This document shows, in pieces, positions 47,263-55,900 of a stretch of 64,000 nucleotides of DNA. Each line of letters begins with the position of its first letter. The stretch's first letter is position 1. Origin of the DNA: Roseithermus sacchariphilus (GTDB lineage Bacteria; Bacteroidota; Rhodothermia; Rhodothermales; MEBIC09517). The notes under the pieces are model-generated. The model did no database searches. It saw nothing but the letters and a program-made list of their open reading frames with translations, and was not told the origin of the DNA. The DNA lies in contig CP030158.1 of the NCBI GenBank assembly GCA_003285105.1, positions 851,447-915,446 of the forward strand, written 5' to 3'. Made by a program: the position numbers and the translations under genes.

Positions 47263-49839
47263 CTTCAGCAGCACCATCGAGCGGGTTTCCTGGAAGGGGC
47301 CGGCGTCGAGGCGGTAGAGGTAGAGCCCGCCGGGCAGGCCGGCCGCGTCGAAGGACACGCGGTGGAGGCCCGAGGCCATCGGGCGGTCGACGAGCGTGGC
47401 GACGCGGCGGCCGAGCACGTCGAAGACGGCGAGGGAGACGTGCGCGGTGTGGGGCAGGGTGAAGGCGATGGTCGTCGCCGGGTTGAACGGGTTCGGGTAG
47501 TTCTGCGCCAGCGCGAACCGCTCCGGCACCTCGCCGGCCGGATCGGCGACGTCGGTGACGACGACGGCCTGCGGGCGGATCTGCCCCCTCACCTCGCCGG
47601 CGCCGTAGTCGGTCGTGTGCACATTCAGGTAAAGCCGCCCCTGCAGGAAGTCGGTGACGGCGTCGGTCGTCAGCGGCTCGGTGGCGTCGGTCGGCCGCCA
47701 GAGGCCGGTGGCGGTGGCGCCGTCGAACGTGTCGAAGATCCCCCGCACGACCCCGCCGTTTTCCCCGGCCGCGCCCCGGTGGACGTGGGCGTTCGTGACG
47801 GCGCTCGTCAGATCCGCCACCGTCAGCCCGTAGCGGATGCCGGCCTCCGAGAACGTCAGGGCCGCCGTCCCCCGGCCGTCGCTGACGACGTCGTGCACCT
47901 CCTGGTCCGGGCTCAGGTCCATCGCCACCCCGAAGCCGTCGCTCGCCAGCACCTGCCCGCGGATCTCGCCACCCGGATGGGCCGCGGTGTGGACGTTCAG
48001 GTAGAGGCGGCCCAGCAGCAGGTCCGCGATGGCCTCGGCCGTCAACGGCTCCGTGGCGTCGGTCGGCCGCCAGAGGCCGGTGGCGGTGGCGCCGTCGAAC
48101 GTGTCGAAGATCCCCCGCACGACGCCGCCGCTCACGCCGAAGGCGCCCTGGTGGAAGTGGGCGTTGGCCACGTCCGCGCTCAGGTCGGCGACGGTGAGGC
48201 GGTAGATGAGCCCGTGCGGCGTCAGCGTCATCGCCGCCGTGCCGCTGCCGGTGCTTTCGGTACCGGCCTGCGCCGGGGTCAGCCGCGCCTGCAGGCCGGT
48301 ACCGCTGCTCGGGACGACCTGCCCGCGGATCTCGCCGCCGGGGTGCGCGGCGGTGTGGACGTTCAGGTAGAGGCGGCCCAGCAGCAGGTCCGCTATGGCC
48401 TCATCCGTCAGCGGCTCCGTGGCGTCGGCGAAGCCCCAGGTGCCGCTTGCCGTGTTGCCGGTGAACGTGTCGAAGATCTCCCGCACGACGCCGCCGCTCT
48501 CGCCGGCGGCTCCCCGGTGGAAATGCGCATTCATCACGGCCCCCGTCAGGCCGCTCACCGTCACCTGATACGCCAGGCCGTCGTCACCCAGCGTCATCGT
48601 CGCCGTGCCGAGGCCGGTGCCATCGACGCCGGCCTGCGTCGTCGTCAGCGTCGCGGTCAGGCTGGTGCCCTCGTTCGGCAGCACCTGCCCGCGGATCTCG
48701 CCGCCGGGGTGCGCGGCGGTGTGGATGTTCAGGTAGAGCCGGCCCTGCACCAGGTCGGCAATGCGATCGGGCGTCAGCGGCTGCGCATCGGTCGGGCGCC
48801 AGAGGCCGGCCGCGGTGGTACCGTCGAAGGCGTCGAAAATGCCGTGGGCGACGCCGCCGCTCTCGCCGGCAGCGCCTTCGTGGAAGTGGGCGTTGGTGAT
48901 CGGGCCGCTGAGTCCGTCCACCGTGAGGCGGTAGACGAGCCCGTGCGGCGTCAGCGTCATCGCCGCCGTGCCGGTGGCGCCGACGCCCGTGCCGGCCTGC
49001 TCCCCGTCGAGCCGGGCGGAGAAGCCCCATCCCCCCGAGAGCAGCACCTGCCCGCGGATCTCGCCACCCGGATGGGCCGCGGTGTGGATGTTCAGGTAGA
49101 GGTTGCCCAGCAGCAGGTCCGCCACGGCCTCGTCCGTCAGCGGCTCCGTGGCGTCGGTCGGCCGCCAGAGGCCGAAGGCGGTGTTGCCGTCGAAGGTGTC
49201 GGCGATGCCGCGGACGACGCCGCCGCTCTCACCGAAAGCCCCCCGGTGGAAATGCGCATTCGCCACGGGCCCCGTCAGGTCGGCGACGGTCACGAGGTAG
49301 ATCAGGCCGGCGTCCGTGAGGTGCATCGCCGCCGTGCCGCCGGCCGTCCCCTCGACGCCCGCCTGCGCGGTCGTCAGCGCGGCGCTCAGCGCGGTGCCGG
49401 CCGAGGGCACCACCTGCCCGCGGATCTCGCCGCCGGGGTGCGCGGCGGTGTGGATGTTCAGGTAGAGCCGGCCCTGCAGGAGCGCCGTCATGGCCGCCTC
49501 GTCCAGCGGCTGCGCGTCGCTCGGACGCCACAGGCCGATGGCGGTATGGCCCGTGAAGTCGTCCAGGATCCCCCGCACGACGCCGCCGCTCTCGCCGGGG
49601 GCGCCGGCGTGGAAGTGGGCGTTGGTGATCGGGCCGGAGAGGCCGTCCACCGTGACGATGAACCGCAGCCCCTCGTCGGTCAGCGCCAGGGCCGCCGTGC
49701 CGGAAGCGCTTTCGGCCTCGGTGCCGGCCTGCGTCGGGGTGAGATGGGCGGTGAAGAAGGTCTGGGCCGTGGCCGGACGCGCGGCGAGCAGCGTCGTCAG
49801 GGCCATCAGCAGGAGCGGGAGGACGTAGCGAACGGGCAT
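47260..49839 (-). CDS. Secreted protein with six tandem CHRD domains and a T9SS C-terminal sorting domain.
   Basis: Six repeats of about 130 aa: ...TNAHFHxGAxGESGGVVRGIxDxFxGxTAxGLWRPxDAxPL...LYLNxHTAAHPGGEIRGQV. C-terminus LAQNYPNPFNPATTIAFTL...GLYLYRL... Confidence 0.8.
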   Translation of the reverse strand: MPVRYVLPLLLMALTTLLAARPATAQTFFTAHLTPTQAGTEAESASGTAALALTDEGLRFIVTVDGLSGPITNAHFHAGAPGESGGVVRGILDDFTGHTAIGLWRPSDAQPLDEAAMTALLQGRLYLNIHTAAHPGGEIRGQVVPSAGTALSAALTTAQAGVEGTAGGTAAMHLTDAGLIYLVTVADLTGPVANAHFHRGAFGESGGVVRGIADTFDGNTAFGLWRPTDATEPLTDEAVADLLLGNLYLNIHTAAHPGGEIRGQVLLSGGWGFSARLDGEQAGTGVGATGTAAMTLTPHGLVYRLTVDGLSGPITNAHFHEGAAGESGGVAHGIFDAFDGTTAAGLWRPTDAQPLTPDRIADLVQGRLYLNIHTAAHPGGEIRGQVLPNEGTSLTATLTTTQAGVDGTGLGTATMTLGDDGLAYQVTVSGLTGAVMNAHFHRGAAGESGGVVREIFDTFTGNTASGTWGFADATEPLTDEAIADLLLGRLYLNVHTAAHPGGEIRGQVVPSSGTGLQARLTPAQAGTESTGSGTAAMTLTPHGLIYRLTVADLSADVANAHFHQGAFGVSGGVVRGIFDTFDGATATGLWRPTDATEPLTAEAIADLLLGRLYLNVHTAAHPGGEIRGQVLASDGFGVAMDLSPDQEVHDVVSDGRGTAALTFSEAGIRYGLTVADLTSAVTNAHVHRGAAGENGGVVRGIFDTFDGATATGLWRPTDATEPLTTDAVTDFLQGRLYLNVHTTDYGAGEVRGQIRPQAVVVTDVADPAGEVPERFALAQNYPNPFNPATTIAFTLPHTAHVSLAVFDVLGRRVATLVDRPMASGLHRVSFDAAGLPGGLYLYRLDAGPFQETRSMVLLK

Positions 49840-49889
49840 GGGAGGAACGGGTCTGGTTGGGAGAGATGGGGAGGATCGGCGGGCACGGC

Positions 49890-50483
49890 TCAGTCCGTGC
49901 CGGCCACCGGCAGAGACGCCCGGATCGTCGCCTCCAGGTCGATCGTCGGGCGGATGGGCATGAGCAGCAGCTTCGGGCGGTCGACGCCGTACGCGTCCAG
50001 CGAAACCTCGAAGACGCTGCGGGCCTCGAACGTCGCGCCGGTGACGGTGACCTCCACGGGGATCGTGAGGGGGTGCGTCTGCCCGTGGAACGTCAGCCGG
50101 CCCTCGACCTGCCAGGTACCCTGCCGGCCCTGGTCCGTCGTCTCCCAGGATGCGGCCGTGATGCGTTCCGAGACGAAGCGCACCGTGGGGTAGCGATCGG
50201 CCTCGACGACGTCGAGCATGTTCGAGTCGCGGTTGCCGTTGCCGCTATCGAAGCTCTCTACGGGCACCTCGATCTCGACGCGGCTCCGGGCGGGGTCATC
50301 CAGGTCCAGCACCAGCGCGCCGGTCACGGCCCGGCTGACGCCGGTCCAGTCGTGCAGGCGGTGATGCCCGGTGTAGGCCAGCGTGCTCTGCCCGGTATCG
50401 ACGGGTACGGAGACGGGCTGGGCGAGGGCCGGCACGTAGAGCAGCAGGCCGAGCACGGCGCGGGCAAGGGCTCGGAGGCGCAT
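49890..50483 (-). CDS. yceI: YceI-like periplasmic protein (polyisoprenoid-binding lipocalin fold).
   Basis: Signal peptide. YceI-family motifs ...TLAYTGHHRLHDWTGVSRAVTGAL...TFHGQTHPLTIPV... Confidence 0.8.
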   Translation of the reverse strand: MRLRALARAVLGLLLYVPALAQPVSVPVDTGQSTLAYTGHHRLHDWTGVSRAVTGALVLDLDDPARSRVEIEVPVESFDSGNGNRDSNMLDVVEADRYPTVRFVSERITAASWETTDQGRQGTWQVEGRLTFHGQTHPLTIPVEVTVTGATFEARSVFEVSLDAYGVDRPKLLLMPIRPTIDLEATIRASLPVAGTD

Positions 50484-50486
50484 GGG

Positions 50487-51209
50487 TCAGTAGGGCAGGA
50501 AGATGGACAGGATGGCGGTGGTGTAGGCGGCCAGCGTGATCCGGCCGGCCCAGCGGTGCTGCGCGAGGCGCCGGTCGTAGGTGGCGCCCGTCGCCTCGCT
50601 GAGGCGGACGCCGAGCCAGGGCTGGAGGGCCATGCCGGCGAAGTGCACGACGGCGAGCCAGCGATGCAGCCGGACCGAGCTGAAGCCGCTGCGGTACACC
50701 CGCCCCGGCGGTGCGAAGAGCGACAGGCTGGCCGTGGTCATGTAGGCACCGAAGGTGGCATACCCCAGCGGGCGGTGGATCGGGCGCAGGTCGTTGTAGT
50801 ACCGCGCCGGGTTGCGGGCCATCAGCTCGCCCAGAACCACCTGCGTGGTCAGCGCGCCGAAGGTCAGCAGCCCCATGCGCTGGTGCCACTGGAGCATGGC
50901 GCGGCGCAGCCGCAGCTCGCCGCGCCGCGTCGAGGGCGCCAGGCCGAGGGTGCGCATGAGCCCGCGCCGGCCCCACAGCAGCCGCGTCCGCAGCGGCATC
51001 CCGTCCGGCAGGCTGTCGGCGTCGGGAACCGCCCGGGCGGTCGGGCCCGCCACGGGCGGGCGTAGAGCAGGAGACCGGGCCCACGCCGCCGTGACGGGCA
51101 GGCCGACCAGCCGGGCCGTCGGCTCCGGCGGTGACGGAGCCGGTGCCTGGGCCACCGCCCACGCCGGGGCGAGGCTGCCGCAGACGATCAGGAAGAGGAG
51201 CACACGCAT
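50487..51209 (-). CDS. Polytopic membrane protein, possibly a b-type (cytochrome b561-like) partner of YceI.
   Basis: 240 aa with an N-terminal signal or transmembrane helix and several hydrophobic helices containing conserved-looking His residues (WHQRMG, IHRPLGY, HRWLAVVHF). Position between the Rieske and yceI genes. Start taken at the internal Met of ORF 50487..51647. Confidence 0.4.
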   Translation of the reverse strand: MRVLLFLIVCGSLAPAWAVAQAPAPSPPEPTARLVGLPVTAAWARSPALRPPVAGPTARAVPDADSLPDGMPLRTRLLWGRRGLMRTLGLAPSTRRGELRLRRAMLQWHQRMGLLTFGALTTQVVLGELMARNPARYYNDLRPIHRPLGYATFGAYMTTASLSLFAPPGRVYRSGFSSVRLHRWLAVVHFAGMALQPWLGVRLSEATGATYDRRLAQHRWAGRITLAAYTTAILSIFLPY

Positions 51210-51220
51210 GGAGGGCCGCG

Positions 51221-51688
51221 TCAGCTTTTGGTGATGACGACGGTGTTGCCGTCGCGGGACACGGCGTACTCGGTCAGCGGCGCGCTGGCCGGGCCCTGCA
51301 CCACCTGCCCGCTCGTGTTGAAGCGCGAGCCGTGGCAGGGGCAAACCATCGCATCGTTCTGGAAGGCGTTGACGTCGCACTGCTGATGCGTGCAGACGCT
51401 CGTGAAGGCCCGGATCGTCTGGCCGTTCACGTTGATCGCCACGGTCTTCGCCGCCTGGATGAACAGAAAGCCGCCGGCCTGCGCCAGCACGTTGGCCTGC
51501 GTGCCGGTCAGGTCCAGCGTGATCGTGTTGCCGCTGATCGTGATGCCGGATTCCGGGGACGGCGGATCTTCCGTCTCCTCCTCCATGCCGCTGCTGTCGC
51601 AGCCCGTCAGGCTCCAGCCCATGGCGAACAGCGCCGCCGAGCAGCACGAGGTGCGAAGAAAGTCGCGTCGGGAAGCGTGGTGATCCAT
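51221..51688 (-). CDS. Tat-exported Rieske [2Fe-2S] protein.
   Basis: Twin-arginine signal SRRDFLRT. Lipobox-like LTGC. Rieske boxes CTHQQC...CPCHGS. Confidence 0.85.
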   Translation of the reverse strand: MDHHASRRDFLRTSCCSAALFAMGWSLTGCDSSGMEEETEDPPSPESGITISGNTITLDLTGTQANVLAQAGGFLFIQAAKTVAINVNGQTIRAFTSVCTHQQCDVNAFQNDAMVCPCHGSRFNTSGQVVQGPASAPLTEYAVSRDGNTVVITKS

Positions 51689-51984
51689 TGGAGAGGGTGG
51701 GGTCGGGTGAACAGGGACGAACGCGGGTTCGAAGCGCGGTTGCCGCGGCGCTTCACACGGACAGTACCCACCCCGGCCGGGATGACTACCTGTGGCAACG
51801 GATTTTTTCGAGGGGGCGAGAACGACGGGGAGGCGTCTGGGGCGCCTGGCCCGGGGGGAGGTGCCCGGCGCTTCCAGGTCTGTTGAGTCCGTAATCCTGT
51901 GTAAAAGTGGCGTGGCATAGAGAAGGCCACCGCGTTCCGCCAGGTTTGGGTGTGTTCAACGCAACCAAACCCCAGCGACCCACG

Positions 51985-52150
51985 ATGGCCCACCTACAGC
52001 TTACCCTCGACGAGACAAAGGTCCAGGACCTCCTGCGCGGCGACAAGCCGATGCGTCGCCTGCTGGAAGCACTCCTCAACGAAGTGTTGCAAGCCGAACG
52101 GACCGAACACCTGCACGCGGCCCCCGGCGAGCGCACCGAAGCGGGTCCGC
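51985..52150 (+). pseudogene. IS256-family (mutator-type) transposase N-terminal fragment.
   Basis: MAHLQLTLDETKVQDLLRGDKPMRRLLEALLNEVLQAERTEHLHAAPGERTEA matches the conserved IS256 transposase N-terminus. Similarity is lost after about 55 aa and no catalytic region follows. Confidence 0.6.
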
Positions 52151-52252
52151 GTTTTTCGCCGGGCAGTTGCTCCGCGCTACCGTTCGCGATGGGCTTGAGG
52201 AAGCAGGCTCGCGTGCCATGGGCCGGTTATGCGCAAGCCGTTAGCCGGCTGA

Positions 52253-52486
52253 AGAAAACATGCTGCAGCCTGGAGAAAACGCATCACGATCAATCCGAAG
52301 CAGTGTGGTGGTCGGCCCTGCATCCGCGGCATGCGCATCCGGGTGATTGACGTGCTAGAGTTGCTCGCAAGCGGGCTTTCACGTGACCAAGTCCTCGAAG
52401 AGTTGCCCGATCTGGAGCCGGAGGACATTGAAGCGGTGCTTCGCTACGCGAGTCGCCGGCTCGGCCACCCTGTGCTGGCGGCATGA
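52253..52486 (+). pseudogene. DUF433-family antitoxin, apparently 5'-truncated (no canonical start upstream of the conserved core).
   Basis: In-frame translation RITINPKQCGGRPCIRGMRIRVIDVLELLASGLSRDQVLEELPDLEPEDIEAVLRYASRRLG matches the DUF433 core. The open frame begins right after a TGA and has no ATG/GTG/TTG before the core. The only ATG (52331) would remove the CGG-PC motif. The stop overlaps the next ATG (ATGA). Confidence 0.55.
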
Positions 52487-52824
52487 TACGTTGGATCGAT
52501 GCCCAACTCTCTCCGGCGTTGGCGCCGTGGATTGGAGCGCATTTCCGAGAGATCGAGGCGTTTTCGGTGCGCTATCTCGGGTTGCAAGAGGCGGAGGATC
52601 GGGAGATTTTTGAGGCCGCCCGTGCAGCCGGCGCAGTTGTCATGACGAAGGACAGCGATTTTGTTCAGATGCTGGAGCAGTACGGGGCGCCTCCGAAAGT
52701 GATCTGGATTACGTGCGGCAACACGTCCAACGTACGGATGCGTGAGATTCTGAGCGTTTCACTTGAACGAGCGATTCAGCTTTTGACAAGCGACGATCTG
52801 GTGGAGATCAGTGACTCACCATAA
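52483..52824 (+). CDS. DUF5615 (PIN-like / Mut7-C-like) putative toxin partner of DUF433.
   Basis: 113 aa. ...EAFSVRYLGLQEAEDREIFEAARAAGAVVMTKDSDFVQM... Typical DUF433-DUF5615 gene pair with a 4-bp overlap. Confidence 0.7.
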   Translation: MIRWIDAQLSPALAPWIGAHFREIEAFSVRYLGLQEAEDREIFEAARAAGAVVMTKDSDFVQMLEQYGAPPKVIWITCGNTSNVRMREILSVSLERAIQLLTSDDLVEISDSP

Positions 52825-52972
52825 AGGGAGACAATCATCGTAACATCGAAGAGCAACGGATCGTCAGACGATGGCCAGCTGGCTCGCATCGGGGTGCAGC
52901 GGGTCGATGAGGTCGTTCACCTCCTGCGGAACCACGACGCCGGGCACCTGACCACATCCCTTGCCCCGTCTC

Positions 52973-55900
52973 TCACCGCAGGAGCACCGCCTGCCCGGTG
53001 CGAACCTCCTGCCGTCCGCCGGTGCGTAACTGCACGCGGTACAGGTAGACGCCCGTCGGGAGCGTACCGGCCTCGAAGACCACGTTGTACCACCCGGCCA
53101 CCTGCATCCCATCCACCAGCACGGTCACCTCACGCCCCAGCAGGTCGTACACGGCGAGGCGTACGCTACCCGCCTCCGGCAGCCCGTAACGGATGGTCGC
53201 GCGCGGATTGAACGGGTTGGGGTAGCTGCCCACCAGCGTCAGCGCCGCCGGCAGCTCCACGCCTGCCCCTGAGGGCCCCTCGGTGCCCGTGCCCACGCCA
53301 AAGTCGCCGCTCGCCTCGGCGACGGCCTGCCGGCCGCACGAGTTGGTGATGACCACTTCGTAGGCAAAGGCTGCTGCGCCGTCGCTGGTCAGACGGAAGC
53401 CGGCCCAGCGGCGGGGCGTCGCTGTCGTCTCCCAGATGTAGTCGCCTGTGGAGGCCTCCAGGGCGGTGCCGGTCGTAGCAGCCGTCAGCCCGTCCAGCCG
53501 GCGGGTCGTGGTGCCGGCCTCTACGAAGTGGACCGACGTCAGCGTGGCCCCGCGCCCGGCGTCGACATCGAGGTCGAGATACGGGCGGGGCGTGGCCTCG
53601 GGCTCTAGCTGCTGGCGGACGATGGACGGCAGCGGACACGTCGCGGGAGCCGCATCGGCCCGGGGCCGGGTGTAGAGATAGGCTGTGCCGGTGATCGCCA
53701 GGCCGTCGGGGTCGTTGCTGTTGGGACTACCGACCAGCGCGGCCTCGTCGGACACCGCCACGGTCGTGCCGAAGAGCGCGAAGGCCGCCGGCGTGCGTGG
53801 CGACAGCTGCATCGTCTCGGTGGCGGGCCACACGCCGCCCCGCCGGGCGTAGAGGTAGGCCGCGCCCGCGTCGGTGCCCCCGGCATCGCGGCGGCTCGCC
53901 CCCACCACCACGACCGACCCGGCCACGGCGACGGAGGTGCCGAAGAGGTCCCCCGCGCCACGCGCCGAGGCCCCCAGCCGGGTCACCGTGGCCTTGCTCC
54001 ACAGACCGGCAGCCGGACGCTCGAACACATAGGCCGCACCGGCATCCAGACCGGCATTCAGGTCGTCCTCCCGATCCGCGCCCACCACGAGCACGTTGCC
54101 CGATACGCTCACGGCACCGCCAAAAAAAGTGCGGGGCGCAGGAGCGGGTGCGGTCAGCTTGGTGACACTCGCCTCGGCCCACGTTCCGCCCTCGGGCTTC
54201 TCGAAGACATACGCCGCCCCCGCCCGGGCTCCTCGCTCGCTGTCCTGGCTGGCCCCGACGGCCAGCACGTTGCCCGACACGGCCACCGCTACGCCGAAGT
54301 ACTGGTCGCTCACGCCATCGGGCGCGGTCAGCTTGGTCTCGGTCGCCTTGGCCCAGGTGCCCCCCTCGGGTTTCTCGTAGACATACACGGCACCGGCATC
54401 GGTCGCCGGGTCATCATCCAGGCGCGCACCGACGGCGATCACGTTGCCCGACACCGCGACCACCTCGCCATAGACATCGCCCTCCTCCCAGTCGGACGCA
54501 CGTAGCTGAGTAGCCTCGGCCCACGTCCCGTCGGCCTGCCGCTCGAAGACGTGGACCAGGCCGCCCGTCACGAAACGCCCCCCTACGACGAAGACGCGGG
54601 CACCGACGACGATCACGTCGTCCGTCGCCGCCACCACGCTGCCAAAGCCTTCGCTGATGCTCGGTGTGGCGGCGTACAGCTTGGCCGTCCGGGTCGCTGC
54701 CGCCCAGGTGCCGCGGGCCGGCTTCTCGTAGACGTACACGGAGCCGGAACCCGGCACGTTGTCGTCGTCGCCGGGCGCCCCGATGACCGCGACCCGATTC
54801 GCAAGCGCCACCGACGTCCCGAACCGGTCGGTCACGTTGCGGTCGGCCGCGAGGAGTTGCAGGGGCTCGTCACCGCCCGGCAGCGGCAGGTCGCTCGGGT
54901 CGGGCACGTCCACCTCATCGTCCTTGCCGTCGGCAAGAGCGGGGGCCTCACAGCCTGCGCCGTTGCGGCGGATGGCGACCGTGCCGGGGGGCTCGGGGTT
55001 CCGCACGAAGGGCCGGAAGATCCGGCACCCGGTGAGCCGCGGGTTGTCCTGCACGACGAGATGCCGGCCCGCCGTCGCGCCGAGGTTCTCGGGGGCCTCG
55101 GGCGCGGTCAGCACACCCGCGAGGCCCGCCGGACTGGCGAGCACGGGGTTCTGTGCGATCAGCAGGCCACCGCCGATGCGGGTGATGTTCTCCAGGCCTT
55201 CCAGGCTCGTCAGGGCCGGGTTCCGGGTGATGCGCACGAACCCGCCGACCGACGTGAGACCTCCCAGCCCGACCAGTGTCCCCAGGGTGGCGTTGCCTGC
55301 AACCACCAGGTTGCCCCCGGCTGAGGTGCTGTCCTCAAAGCCTGCCGCTTCGTCCATCATCGCCGTGGCCGGGACCGCCCGCAGGACGGAGGCGGTGCCC
55401 CTGGCCCTGGCCGCCGAGCCCCCCGGCCGGTTGTCGATAATGCGGATGCTGCCACCCACCGCCGTGAGACGGCTCAGAGCGGCCAGGCTCGCGAGGTTGC
55501 TGTTGCCTTCGATGACCAGGTCGCCCCCGATCGTGGCAAGCCCCTCCAGGCCCGTCAGGTCTTCTACGGCGGTGCCTTCAATTCGCACGTCGCCCGCCAC
55601 GCTCAGGAGGGCGCCGAGGCCGCTGAGGTCCGTGACGGCGGGGCCTTCGATCCGCAGGCTCCCGAGCACCTGATCCGCGCCACTCGCGGCAAAATCGTCA
55701 AGCCCGGCCTGGTCGGTGAGCGTCATGTCATCCTTTTCGTCCGGGGGGTTGGTAATGGCCTCGGCATCGCATCCAACGCCGTTGCCCGTGAGCACAATGA
55801 CACCCGGCGGCGTGGCGTTGGCGAGGTAGGGGCGCAGCACCTCACAGTCCATGAGCGCCGGGTTGGTTGTCACGATGAGATGGTCGCCCGCCGTCGCGCC

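Noticed and set aside
51907-52350. Full ORF 51907..52350 as a single protein
   Set aside because: Only residues from MAHLQ to about 55 aa later match IS256 transposase. The remainder runs across decayed sequence and into the DUF433 gene in another frame.
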